This document shows, piece after piece, positions 48,059 through 61,361 of a stretch of 64,000 bases of DNA. Each line of letters starts with the position of its first letter. The first letter of the stretch is position 1. The notes beneath the pieces were generated by a model that saw only the letters and a program-made list of their open reading frames with translations, was not told the origin of the DNA and did not search any database. The translations under genes were made by a program, and so were the position numbers. The DNA comes from Lobosporangium transversale. Taxonomy: Eukaryota. The DNA lies in contig NW_019028981.1 of the NCBI RefSeq assembly GCF_002105155.1, forward strand, positions 186,001-250,000. Direction: 5' to 3'.

Positions 48059-51000
48059 TTAAATCATACTGGTAGTTGCGTGAGTGGTGGTAGGAGTGGC
48101 TGCGGCTGTGGTGGTGATACCATTGGCGGGACTAAGACCTGGAGATCCTACACGAGAAGATCCCGGTGACGCAGATCGAATGCTATTGACATTGTTGTTG
48201 CTATCCTTTCGAACAAACATGCTCTGCAGTCTCGTAAAACTAGACTTTTGGCGCAGTGGAGTATTGCCCTTTTCACTCTGACGAAGGCTCAATACTGTAT
48301 CGTTCACGGGTGTTCCATTTGTGTTGTTACTCGAGTTGATGGCTGATAAACTACGGCTGCGACTGTGGGTGCCGTTGCTATGACCGTTGGTGATTCTCAG
48401 GTTGTTGTTGTTATTATTTGCCTGAATTTCGGACCAAGTTTGATGGTCAGTCGGAGCATTGACGCCAGGAGTTGTGGGGCGAGAGAGGAGATATGAGATG
48501 GACTAAAAAAGAAAAGTATAAACGTATTTCTTAAGTATACCAGTCCAAGATTGAGATTCTAAACAATATGTGCATAATATATTGTGAAATTATGTCATAC
48601 TTGGAACCAAAGCTCATGCTTCTCGCGAGTGGGGGCCTTCATTTTGAGATTGCGGCTGGTAGTCTCGATCAGCAGGCTGACATTTGGCAGATCAGAGTTA
48701 CTGCTATTGGTAGTCTCATCTGTCACCTGGAAGATGGCCACAATAAATGCTTAAGATGCCAAAAAAAAAAAAAAAAAAAAAAAAATTAATCAAGCAAGCC
48801 TATTCTTTTTTAATCAAGAAAAATATCTTAAGCTTGGTACATCTCGACTTACCACTCTTGGATTTTTGTTCGCGTGAGCCCTCAGCTCCTGGATTATTGT
48901 TACTCCAGTACAGGGTCTTGGTATAAGGATGAACCCACACATATCGACGATGGCTCTTTTCGCTCATCATGTTGGCCATTCGCCGACGGGTGAATTTCCA
49001 GAGGTAGTCTCCAATCATGGTCTGAGTAATCAGCTGGATCATAGTTGGATCTGTCGGCGTCACTTCGTTAGAGCCCGTCGATAACCGACGGCCATTGCGT
49101 GATAGATCCCCATGGTTATAATCGGTCGACAAGCTAGAAATCGACCCATTAGGAGATGACCCATTGCCACGATAACGACCCGATACTGTAGCGCCCGTTG
49201 AATCTATGATGGCATGGTGATGATGGTGATGATGGTAGTGGGTACTGCTATTGAGGTGTTGCAACATGACCTGGCTAGAGTTTTTGTCATACGTAGAGCT
49301 AGTTTGTGAAGAGACCGAGACCAAAGTTGTGGGTGGAGGTCGGGTAGCTGAGGGTTCCTGGTGAGAACCAGGAAGGATAACCACACTGTCCCGCTTCTCA
49401 TTCTTGTCATTCTTCTCATTAGTTGACGACTGCTGTTGATCTTTGCCTCTGGTATCTGGAGATGAAGTCAACTCTTTATCCCCCTGCTTCTTCGAGGATC
49501 CGTTGACTGCAATGGCTGCAGCATTTGACTTTTTCTTGTCTTTTCCTTCTGCTGCTGCGTCGCCAGCTTCCTCAATATCACCATTCTCCATGTGAATCGA
49601 CTGAATTCGGCCAGTATCTGTTGCATTTGGATCGCCGCCAAAGGCTGAACCAAACGAGACACGGAACTCGCGATCCTCGTCATCATTAAATGATGGACGT
49701 TCCGTCGAGGTATCAGTGGGTGCCTCTAGTGCAGGTGATGGTGCGGCAGACGACTGGTTGATAGTTTGACTCAAGTCACAAGTATGGCGACGCTCCTCAT
49801 CCGTCATTAATGTTGGCTTGCTACGTACCACAGGCTCTTTAACAAGCTCTTCTTCCTCATCAATATGGTCATCTACATCCTTCTCGCCTTCTTTCTTCCC
49901 TGATACAACGGCAGCGATGGCTCCAGCAGCGCCAGCAACAGCCGTAGCAGCAGCAACACCCAAAGCTTTAGCATCCAATAGAGATGTAATTTGCTTTGTC
50001 TCTGTTCCTGGTTTGCCTGTGATCGTTGTTCCTGTCTCTGTAGCCTTCTTAGTGCCCAACTCATCAACCGACTCGACAGGCTTTGTCACCTCGATTGTAG
50101 GAGTGCCAGCCTCAGCCGCAACCGCAGCCTCAGCCCTCTTCTTCTCTTCAGCCTCCTTCTTCTCGGTTTCAATCCTCTCGGTTTCTTTCCTTTCGGCTTC
50201 CTTCTTCTCAGTCTCGGCTTCGACAGCCTTGTCTAAGAGATCCTTAAATTCAGGTGCATCATGGATCCAGTCCTTGATCGACTCCGTCATGATCTCCTGA
50301 TCCTTATACTCTTTCGAGTTGGCTTTGATCCTCTCGGCTTCCTTCTTCTCAGCTTCAATTCTTTCAGCTTCCTTCTTTTCGGCCTCCTTCTTTGCGACTT
50401 CAATTCTTTCAGCTTCTTTCTTCTCCGCTTCGATTCTCTCAGTCTCTTTCTTTTCAGCTTCAATCCTTTCAGCCTCCTTCTTTTCAGCTTCAATCCTTTC
50501 AGCCTCCTTCTTTTCAGCTTCAATCCTTTCAGCTTCCTTCTTTTCAGCTTCAATTCTTTCAGCTTCTATTCTCTGGGCTTCTCTCTTCTCGGCTTCAATT
50601 CTCTCAAGTTCTTTCCACTCGGCTTTCTTCTTCTCAGTCTCGACCTCGATAGCCTTTTCCAGGAGATCCTTGAACTCAGGTACATCATGAGCCCAATTCT
50701 TGATTGGCTCCGTCATAATCTCTTGATCCTTATACTCTTTCAAATTGGCTTTAATCCTCTCAGCCTCAATCCTCTCCGCTTCAATTCTTTCGGCCTCCTT
50801 CTTCTCAGCTTCAATTCTCTCGACTTCCCTCCTTTCAGCCTCTTTCTTCTCGGCCTCAATCCTTTCGGCCTCAATCCTTTCGACCTCTTTCCTTTCAGCT
50901 ACCTTCTTCTCAGTCTCAACTTCGACTGCTTTGTCCAAGAGATCCTTGAATTCAGGCACATCATGGATCCAGTCCTTGAGCGACTCTGTCATCATCTCCT

Positions 51001-53329
51001 GGTCCTTGTACTCTGCACTTGACTTCAAGTCAGATTGAGAAGTGGCCTGAGCCAGCTCTGCAAAGAGTCCTCCACTTGGGAAAGGTGAGCTACGTCCATT
51101 GGCATTGACAAAATCATCTGAGAGTGTCATGCTCAGGTCACGAGGGTCAGTCTCAGATCCGTCCAGCAGACCCAACTCTGAAGGAATTCCAGCTCCAGCT
51201 CCAACACCGGTACCGAAAGCCATGCTCGAACGCTGAGACAAGACGTCAGGTTCAAAAGTAGCTGCGCCTTCCAAGCGCATAGTCTCAATAGTCTCCTCAC
51301 GGTCTGCCAACAACTTTATAAGCTCTTCCTTTTCAACCATCAGCTCCTCCTTGGCTGATATCAACTGCTCCTTCTCGGCGATTTCCTGGGTGAGTTTGGA
51401 TTGGAGATCGCTGATGATACCTTGCTGATGCGCAAAGGAAGACTCTCTAGCCAAGGACGCAGATTTAGGGGATTCCAAGGAGCCGGTTCCAGCAGCTCCA
51501 GCAGCAGCGGTAGCGCCAGCAACACCAGTGGCGGCGGCAGAAGCTGCAGCGGCTGCAGCAGCCTCATCAGGACTCAAAGCTTTGTTAGCAGATGAAGTGA
51601 CCAAGAGAGGTGCATTTGTCTTTTCCTTTTCCAGCTCCTTCTGTTCCAATTCTTGAGCGAGTGCAAGGGCCTCTGCGGCTGCTTTCTTGGCTAATTTCTC
51701 CTTTAATGCCATGGCTGCATTTAGCTCATCATTCTTGGCCTGCAAGTCGGCCTTTTCACGTTGAAGACTTGCCATATGTTTCCGCATTGATGAAATATCC
51801 TGCTCAGACCGAGATTTGACTAACTCTAATTGGCTAGCCATCTTTTCTTCTTTATCCTTAAGTTGCTCCACTTGTTCTGTGGCAGCATTGAATGCCCTTT
51901 GGACCTTGGCATTTTCATGGTTGGCTTTGGTCAACTGAGATTGAAGTTCTGCATTCTGGCTACGGAGTTCTTGGTTCTGTAGCTCCAGATTCCACTGGTC
52001 CTCTTTTTGTCTCTCTATAATACATTTCATAAATTAAAATTAAAATTGTTGGATTTAATTTCTCTCATTGTAGTACAAAAAAAATAAATAAACAATTTTT
52101 TTTTTTTTTTTTTACCATCACTCTCTTCACGAAGTCGACGTTGTCGGTTCAGCGCATCGATGATCCGTTCTTGCTCATTAATTTTTAGGTCATACTCCTG
52201 GTTCAGTTTCTCTTTTAATTCCGCTTGTGAGGTCCAGTAACGGACCTGATTCAACAACTCTTCCTGAATCTGCAATGGGAAAGCAGCGTCGTTGGTGGGA
52301 GGAGCCGAGGTCATGTTGACCTTATGTCGTCGAGGTTTGGAAATGATGGGTGTGGTTGGTAGTGGAGCGCTTGGCCCCATGACCGTGCTTGAGCGTGATG
52401 TCGGTAGTTCATTTGAAGCGGGTGCTGTTGATCCAGCAGGCTAAACAGCAAAAACAATTTAATTTTTGTTAGATTAGTAGGCCTGACCGTTTTCCTTTCC
52501 TTTCACTTGGTAAATCAGCTCATCATGCATAATCAAGAACAAAAACAGAAGAAGGAAAGGAAATGTGTATGAATGTAGAATGTCATTCTCATTAATAGAG
52601 CAATGATGACATGTTTGGCTCACTCATTTTCTATCCCTCCCTTACTTCAATAAAAAAAAGTCAAATCGAACCCAATTGAAGAACGTGGATGAGGAAAATA
52701 ATGATAATCAGAGTATATAAATTGTGCATTTGAAGCTTGAGAGCCACCATTGTCAAAAAAGAAAAAAATTGCATGGGTCCTTCTTTCTAACTTATTAGTT
52801 CACTGGCAAAAAGAAAAAAGAAAGAAAAAAAAATTCTTTGTAAAAGAAATGCAATTACATCCTCTCATTCCGCTTCATATGGGCTCCAAGACCGAACCTA
52901 GGTCCATGGGAGGATAACAAAAAGAGACTGTAAAAAAAAAAAAAAAAAAAAAAAAGTTCAAATAAAAACCCTGGGTTCCCGCTCTTTTTTTTTTTTTTTG
53001 CTCCAAAAGACAATATTGAAATCCATGCGGAAAGAAACAGAGAGCCGTAACAATCAAATAAAATATGACAACAATAATAAAAAGAAATCAATAAGCAATG
53101 GTTTATAGCGATGTCCAACAAAGATTGCGGAGAAAAATAAGAGATGAGATCGTACGTAGGGCTTTCACATTCCATCACTTTCATCACTCACGCGGTCCAC
53201 ACGCATAAACCTAAAGTAAGAGGAATTTGTCCGCCTTTGTTGTGTAGAAAAAGGCGCATATGCATGCGGCAAGGCGGAAAGAAAACCTAATGCATCTTCC
53301 TCCTCTTTGTTCCAAGCCCCGTATGCAGG

Positions 53330-53360
<31 letters not shown>

Positions 53361-53923
53361 TGGTGTGGATGTGCGAGTGGGAGTAGGAAGGGGTGAGGGG
53401 AAACAACAATAACAAACAACCCAACACAGCAAATTGTAAAAGAAAAATAACAAAAAAGACGAGTATTCTGGTTTTTTTTTTCTGTGCTTCGTTCAAAATC
53501 AAATATTACCAGCTGTGCATCAATCAAACGCTTTAGTCCCGCAATACCGCTCTCGCCCTCCTGAAATTCTTTCTCGAGAGTCGTCAACTGTTCACGAAAG
53601 GTTTCTGGTAAAGGTTGGGCCCCAACATCGTCTGATCCTTCACCTTCTTGTTGTTTTTGTAGTTGTTCCTGTTCATTTAAATGTTGTAATTGTTCATAAC
53701 AATTCTTGAGATCTTCTTCTCGCTTTACAAATAATAATCCGATCGACTGTGTTAACTGTAAGTCATTATGGATGTTGGCCAATCGAGCCTCAAGTTCTGC
53801 TCTAGCTTGGGCAATCGTCTGTACATCGGAAAGAGGAACAGACGTTGAAGAACCTCGAAGCTGTGACTGCGGGGATTGCTGCTGTGGCACGAGGTTGGAT
53901 GTTGCTGCCACAGGAGACTCCAT
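48059..53923 (-). CDS. Num1/ApsA/Mcp5-type cortical dynein anchor: N-terminal coiled coils, internal repeats, C-terminal Mcp5-type PH domain; about 5 exons
   Basis: ITQTMIGDYLWKFTRR..HRRYVWVHPYTKTLYWS..LKMKAPTREKHELWFQSISYL is the Mcp5/Num1 PH signature. Coiled-coil N-terminus. Confidence 0.85.
50140..51013 (-). repeat. Nested coding repeat: 3 units of EYKDQE(M/I)MTE..W.HD.PEFKDLL.KA, each followed by variable 15/30-bp EAERI/EAEKK repeats
   Basis: Units start at 51013, 50737 and 50311. The spacings of 276 and 426 bp differ by 5 x 30 bp. Confidence 0.9.
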
Positions 53924-55024
53924 GGTCTCTTAAAACAAAAAACGAAGAAAAAAAAAACGACTCTATCGTTATTGTTTTTGGTGCTGTGGTTACTTTTTTT
54001 TTTTTTTTTCCTAGTCCTATGTTCTCTTCTTAATTGTTGATAAAACTTGTCAAAATGAATAGGAAGCGAAAGAAAGAGGAAGTAGAATTGATTAAAAGCT
54101 GAGTTGTGCTATCAGTCTGTTACAAGAAAGAAAAAAGAAGAGGAAGTAGGAAGGAAAAAAAAAAAAAAAAAGGACAAGAGTGTATGTATTTGTGTATGTC
54201 AGCAAGCTTGGTATGAACAATAAAGTGTATGCTTTTTTATGAGCATGTGCAAGTTTAAAGAGTAGAGTCCAACGGGCAGAATTCAGTCTTCCCTGGAATC
54301 ACTTATGCTTCCAAGGTTGTAGACAAAGAGCATTGTGGAAGTTGACAGGGATAGGGGGAGACTTTGGGGCGTGCTTTTTATCTTTATCAAGGTCAGTTGA
54401 GTTTTTTGTATTGTAGCTGGGAAAAGTGGGATGCTTGGGTAATATTCAGATAATTCGTCGTTGTAGATAACAAGCGGCAATGATCGTGTTATCGGTTCAC
54501 AGATGAAAAGGGTGTAAAAGTTGAATACATACGTTACTCCTTTATGAATCCTCTCAAAGGAGACAAGTGAGAAGAAAGAGAAGAGAGGGAAGAAGTGAAA
54601 AGTGGTTTTGTAAAAATAATAAAAATAAAAAGATCGAGTGAATGAGTGTAATGTGAATAATAATAGTTAGATGGGGGAGAAGAAAAGTGTGGATGAGAGA
54701 GGAAGAAATGGAGAAGTAGATGAGGAAAAAAAAAAAAAAAAAAAATGTTTATTTTTCTTGGAGAGGAACAATGCCACTATTCTGTTCCTCAAGAGTTTGG
54801 AGCGGTGCGTGCGCCCAAGGAAGTGCGCAAGAATGAAAATGAGGTGTGCAAAAACTTTGTTTGCCTCCGCCAATTCTGGCCAATAAGAAATCGTGCCTGA
54901 CTTTGTCAATAGACATAACAGACGCGCTTCTTGATTCAGACACACGATTAAGAAAACAAGATATGAGAATCATTACGTCTTTTTTGTTTATTTATTTACT
55001 TTTATTATTTTTTTAGCACCCTCC

Positions 55025-56946
55025 TCAAACCAGCACAACTTTCTGTCCTGTAGATGGAGATGGTCTCGGTGGATGAATAGCCCCAACACGATGATAAACA
55101 GTTCGGGCACGCATGTATGGTTCAGCTGCCCACCACATCTCCGCCATGCGAGCCCCCACTTCCTGCCGCTCTTGAATTACAGCAATGCTAGAAGAGAGCT
55201 GTTTCTGTCCTTGCCAAATCTCAGTCAGCCGCTCAAACGTCAGCTCCATTTCTCTACGTCTTGTGAGGGCTTGCTGCTTGGCCTCTGAATCTTCCAACAT
55301 CAATTTATTTTCACCAGGGATCGGTTCAACATATTGGTAGGGTACTGGGTCCTCTCCTTCAAATGCCTTGTTCTGCATTAATTGGTCTGGCGCCACAAAT
55401 TCCTCCAGCTCCTTTCGATCGCTGGTAAATTTAATCTTTGCCCGAATAACAGGATCAAGCATAGGTGAGATGGCTTTCCAAAGTGCTCCAAATAACCATG
55501 GAGCTTTATGGACCACACAAACACCTAAAAGTTCGGGGTAGCAGGCTTCGGCTGCATGGATGAAGAACTTGACAGTCGGCCAATCCTATTGGAAAGAGAA
55601 GTAAGACACGAATAATGACTTTTGCGTTAGGTAATCAGAGAGAAAATTTGATGACTAGATCTCTAAAGGATGCTCATGTAAGGTATAAAACGTAATGCAT
55701 GTCCATTCACAATGTACCATGTTCGACATAGAAAACGAACTCATATCAAATAAGACCGAAATCGTCTCTGCAGGCGGCTGTAGCATCAGTCTGGCTGTCT
55801 CGATGACATAGATGGACAGCTTCTGGACAGCTTGCGGACTCTGTGCATGTTGATAATGCAGACTTGGGTTCAGCAGACTGAAATGTTTCATTCAAACAAG
55901 GGAAAAAAAAAAAAAAAAAAAAGAAGAATAACTTTGGTAAGATTACTCTCATGGACGCCTCACGAAATAAAACCATAATACTGCACTTTACCACAAAGGT
56001 CGCCCTTGGCGATCATGGCCTCGAAAAATGACTTTGCCATTCTTTAGCTGGTCCAAAAATCCAGGGTACTTTGCTTCGAGGGCCTCTTCTCCTTCCCGGA
56101 CCACCTCATCCACACCCATCGTGATGCGCCATTCTAGAGCCAAAATTAGCATCTCCATAGCTTTCTCCACATTCCATTTTCTCGCTCTAAGGAACCTCAA
56201 AATGGTGGTATCAGGATGTTCAGACTGGACAAATTCCCAAAAGGCCGTATGATACTCTGCAGACGAATACTTAAATGTAAACTTCTTGGAGGGCAGCCAT
56301 GGTTTCAGTTTAGTTGCAGACCTTTTGAGCGCTGCCGCTGCTGCTGCGGCGCCTCCTGGCAAGAAAATATTATTATGGCCGTTTATATTCCCTTGAAGCG
56401 GTGGATTTGAGGTAGGAGGTGAGGATGCAATTGAAGGCTGATGAAATGGTTGGTTGAGACGAGTTGGTGATGCGGGGTGTGGACCATTTGGTCTTGTTTC
56501 ATGGCAGTGACTGCCATAGTGATGGCGGCTTCCTGTGCCAGTGGCTCCTGGGCTTGTTGGTGACAATGGTGAGTCATCTTGAGATGCTTGATCAGAGTGA
56601 TGTATGCTGATTCGACGAAGGTTCATACTACTTCTGGTGGGCGAAGAAGGCTCCGAATACCAGAGATGCAACAAAAAGGACCAAATCTCACCGCTATGAC
56701 AAGCCAAAAGCAAAACAGATAAATTTTAAATACTGGGCATAAGTAAACGAATCATCCACCTTTGCTTTTGACTTCGCCCAGCATCTCACTCTTTGTATTG
56801 TTGCACCAGTCATCTGTGTGGCACCTTGTTTGTCACATTTAAGCTCAGGCACAATCAACAACCACTTACAGTGCATCCCATTGTTCTGGTGTCAAGTTAC
56901 CAAGATGGCCTGCGGATTCTGACTGCTGACGATGATGATGCTTCAT
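55025..56946 (-). CDS. CRAL-TRIO/Sec14-like phosphatidylinositol transfer protein (Csr1-like); about 4 exons
   Basis: GHLGNLTPEQ, HPDTTILRFLRARKWNVEKA, GHDRQGRP, LFDMSSFSMSNMD, ACYPELLG and APWLFGALWKAISPMLDPVIRAKIKF. Confidence 0.9.
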
Positions 56947-57555
56947 GATATACTCCTTTGTATTTCGTCAGGGTTCTTGACTAGCTATTTTTTTTTTTTT
57001 TTTTTTTCTGTAATTAAAAATTAAAAATAAAAGCGAATAAAATAGTGGAATGAATGTGAATCAGAAATGTTTTTTTTTTTTGCTCATGCAATGTGGATGG
57101 AGAGGACAAAGCCAAAAAGAAAAGAGAGACAAAGCCAAAAGAAAAGAGAGGAAGGGTGGTAAGCGACTGGTAGGAGGTATATACTTAATGCAATGATTGG
57201 ATAATGCCTTTCGAACATTTCAACATGTTTCATGTCACTGTGTCGTGACAGATGCCGCCACCAGTGCTGTTTTACCTTGCTGCAAAAGTGTGGACACATG
57301 ACCCATCATCCGCAATGGTAGACCTGGTAGGCTGGTCCAGAAGGGACCACCGGGGTATAGTGCTGCATATATACTCATGCAACCCATGCTCTCTAACCGA
57401 CAAGTCTGATTGAGCAGACAAAAAAAAAGCTACAAATGAATCCAGCCCTTTCGATCTTGCATGCTCACTTACATCCATTCTACACCATACAGCCCATTGC
57501 TTTTTATTCATAATTTTCGTGATGTAAATATTTCTTTTACAAAAGAAAAAAAAGG

Positions 57556-58380
57556 CTACTTAATCATAGTATGGACGAGAAATGCTTCGAAATCAGCCAG
57601 TGCCTTTTCATTAACCCTTTGCAACACAGAGCCTTGAGTTCTAGAATGATTATTGCCTGTCGCTCTGTTACTATTACTACAGGGCCTTTTACTGTTCTCA
57701 ACCATGTCGCTGCCGTCTGTTCGACGTTTCTGAGACTGAGACAGCAGTTGTGACGGTTGTGTGGAATAATCCAAACATTCCAAGGGGAAGTCGCCGTCCC
57801 CAAACTCACTATTACACTGTGTATTCGGTGCATATTCCTGACTAATTGATCGTTTTATCGGTAGCGATGAGGATAGTGATATGGTTGTTGACTGTGATGC
57901 TACTTTGACCAATTTTATGTACATATCAAAGTAAATAGGGGACTCCAAGGAAGACTTTGTTCTACCGCCAAACGCACCTCCATCCATAACACCAATCCGC
58001 GCGAGTTTTTGTTTAAGTTCAGCAAGTCGTTCACTTTTCTTAATGTAGTTAGCAGCGTCAGCGCCAACAAGCGTTATCTTGTAGAAATAAAAACTGATTG
58101 GGTGAGATTCCCAATATTTGGTACATCAAAAACGTTCATTAGCAGAGTTGGGTAAAAGAAAAATAAGCACTACTTACAGCAGATTCGTTATCAACATAAA
58201 CATTAAATGTCTGTTGGAATTCATCCATAAGTTTGAGCATGAATGAGTATTTGAAAATGACTCCGCCACTGCCAGAGCGGCAGGACGGACATTTGTTGGG
58301 CGGCTTGTCATCCGAGAGAGGCCTGGATGAGTAGCAGAAAAACAAAGTAAATATGAAAATAAGTAAATAGAACTATAGGA

Positions 58381-58411
<31 letters not shown>

Positions 58412-58744
58412 GTATACCTCAAGTGATTAGATTTGAAAAATGAAAGGTCCTTTGCTTACCCATATCTATACCCGCAGTTACTGCAGCTTGCAAATGAGAA
58501 ATCCATAATATGCTCCGGTTCGAATCCCACCACGCAAGCATGTAATCTAAGATATTGAATGTCCTGTAAAGTGCACGCAATGTTCAAAGAGAGGATATTT
58601 GGCTTTCTGGTTCAGTATTCGGAAACAGTCTTTAATTTGTTAAGTCTAATAAAGTTTTCATACATACATCACTAGCATCGTTCCTGCATTCTAGCTCCAT
58701 GCGTGAAGTCAATAGTCCTATCATATTACCATCAAAAGTATTAG

Positions 58745-58783
<39 letters not shown>

Positions 58784-59819
58784 GGACAAGAGCATGGAAA
58801 GTATAAAAATAGTAGGGTTTCTCTGACTGACCCGTAAGCAACAACGCTCTTGAAGATGAAGGATTATGACGGGTAGATGGACGAGAAGGGGAGGTTGAAG
58901 GTCGTAAAACTGGAGTAACTTTTACAAGCGACTCGGTCTCTTTTTTTAAAATATGGGTGAGATCTTGAGGTTCTTGAACTGTTTTGGAGGTAGATACAGT
59001 CGTTGTTTCTGGCAATGGTCCTGGGGATATATCCCTGGTCCTGCTTGAGGACGACGATACAATTGGTGCGGGGGTAGCGGTAGCGACGATAGAGGATGCT
59101 CGCATTGAACGGGCTGCGATTTGAGCATAGATGGTTCCCGGTGTGTCTGTTCCTAGACCATGCAAGTAACGAGACTTCCGTCTGTACCAGAGAGAGGTTC
59201 AGTGGCCCTTGTCGCTCATCATATAACTTATTTCAAAGTTATATACAAAGCAAGAAAGAAAGAGAAAAGAAGTTCTATTTTTTGACTTACAAGCGTAGAT
59301 CTCTGACAAGAGCGTCCTTTGGATCCAAAATCTGAACGGGCTGAGAACGCTGGTAGCCTTTTCCGCGGAAACCGTTCATGTTAAGCTCAATATACTGACT
59401 CTTATTGAGCTTACAGCAAAGATTTTTAAGAAGCAAAAACATGCCCGCTCCAACATTTAGTCGCTGAGCTTCTTCGCAATGCTCGTCCCATAGCGTGACA
59501 AGTATAGTTGCTTTACCACCCACTCGTCCCTCGCCCTCTACAATAGGTAAGCTATCATGTTCCGTATAATCCGTCATCACCAACGTAGCCCTGTTTCCAG
59601 AGTCTAATTTGTAATAACAGACCTGTGATGTATATAAAGTCGTAGCATATAACGACACAGATATTTAACGCGTTGAGTTGTCTCGATTCTTGGCTTTTAC
59701 TTTACAAGATAAATATTCGCCGATATATTTTTACATGCCTCGCCAATAAAGTCACAGAACTTATTGACCTCCAACTGACTGACAGTACGTAGTCTGTCTA
59801 GATTCTCGATCCTGTCCAT
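57556..59819 (-). CDS. POT1-like telomere ssDNA-binding protein (OB2/POT1PC plus C-terminal Zn-ribbon OB fold; no OB1); about 7 exons
   Basis: FCDFIGEV..TLVMTDYT..GKATILVTLWDEH..LLKNL (POT1 OB2). C-terminal LRLHACVVGFEP, CSNC..CPSC, YSFMLKLMD, YFDMYIK and FLVHTMIK*. Confidence 0.75.
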
Positions 59820-59977
59820 GATCTGCTACTTGATTCTCGCTCTTTTCTGATTCATGGTCACTGAAATGCGTGCCAACAGATTACTGGCGGTTTTTTTTAA
59901 TCAAATAGAACCACAGTCACGAGATTTAGAAAATTGGAATCTTTATTAATAATCAATTATAAGGCAATGTTCGTTCT

Positions 59978-60587
59978 TCACCAACGTAAGAAATGCGATG
60001 GACATTCATATCCTTCTGGATTCTTGTTCAAATAGTTTTGATGATACTCTTCTGCATCATACCATTCACTTGCAGGAACGATCTCTGTAACAATATGCTG
60101 TCCCTTGTAGTGCTTCTCTTGAACCTCGGATGTAACCTTTCTAGCTATCTGTTCCTGCTCGGGTGAATGGTAAAAGATAGCAGACCGATATTGTGTTCCG
60201 ACATCAGGGCCCTGGGAGTTAATGGTAGTAGGATCATGCATCCTATAGAAGAATTCGACTAAATTAGGATAGTTGATCTTGTCGTTGGGAGTGTATTTGA
60301 TCTGGAGAGCCTCTGCATGCTCAGTCGTTCCAGTGCAGACTTTCTTATAATTAGGGTTGGAGTCATCGCCACCTGTGTATCCAACCTTGGTTTCAATATC
60401 CTCATCCTTGTAGAACTTCTGGAATGCCTTCTCGACACCCCTACAGATACAAAACAAAAGCAGAAATAGAGCAGAATGGGATTTGTAAGCAGCCAGTTAA
60501 AGTCGTGTGATAAAAAAAGTTTGATATGAATTATCTATGATAAGCTTACCAGAAGCAGCCTGCAGCAAAAGTAGCAGTTTCAGTCAT
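59978..60587 (-). CDS. MXR1: Peptide methionine sulfoxide reductase MsrA; 1 intron
   Basis: Spliced ATFAAGCFWGVE, VGYTGG, HAEA, QGPDVGTQYRSAIF and AEEYHQNYL. Confidence 0.95.
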
Positions 60588-61361
60588 ACTGAAGTTAGTG
60601 AATGTGAACAAACAAATGAAAGGGGTGAATGAGAAATGAGGAAGGAATTCGAAAAAAACCTCCTTCCGTTTTTTATAGATGTTGCGACCGTTGCACTAAA
60701 CGCTCAATCCAGCCAATCACAGATCAATTGAGGTGCGAAATATACGTCCGTCCATGTCGCCATTTGCGCAGTGGCGACTATCGCCTATTGATACACTAGA
60801 CTTGCACAGACAAGCCAAGAGTAAGTGTTTCATCATCACAGATGGATCTTACCAAATGCGGCCTTCTCTTAAGTAACTTTTCATGTCACTCGTCTACATT
60901 CACATAGACGTTCAAAGAGCAGAGTTTATTGTAATAGCTCTTTTAAAATGGTCTACCAGTTCTATCTGGCCTTCTTGAAAAGTACGCTTCAAGGACTAGA
61001 AATAAAAAGTAAGAATAGAGCATTCCTCCATGATGATTGTCGATCTGTAGTGGCTTTGTGCCCTGTAGAGTACAGGGTGGAATGCATATCACATCTGCAT
61101 GGCTCTACTGCAACACAACACTCACCTTGTCTCATCCCACTCAACGGCCACTTTTTATGCATACCTTTTTCATTCATTGACATCACGCATCGTCTTTTTT
61201 TTTTTTTTTTTTTTTTTTTGTTTTTACAGGGACTACAGGGACAAAACACGAAATAACTATTATAATCTCTTCAAATATTGCCATCATCAACCCTTTAATT
61301 ACTAATTGTGTACCGGAGAGAACGACAGTTGGACAAAACGTCAAACAGCAAGTAGTCAATC

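Noticed and set aside
49818..51038. Long plus-strand ORFs with SASFF/SASIL repeats
   Set aside because: Antisense shadows of the Num1-like coding repeat. The repeat is also not CRISPR-like: it is coding, has no unique spacers, and is eukaryotic.
60756..60800. GC-rich hairpin GTCGCCAT..GTGGCGAC followed by CTAG, resembling a Helitron 3' end
   Set aside because: CTAG is followed by A rather than T, the spacing is long, and no matching 5' end is identifiable.
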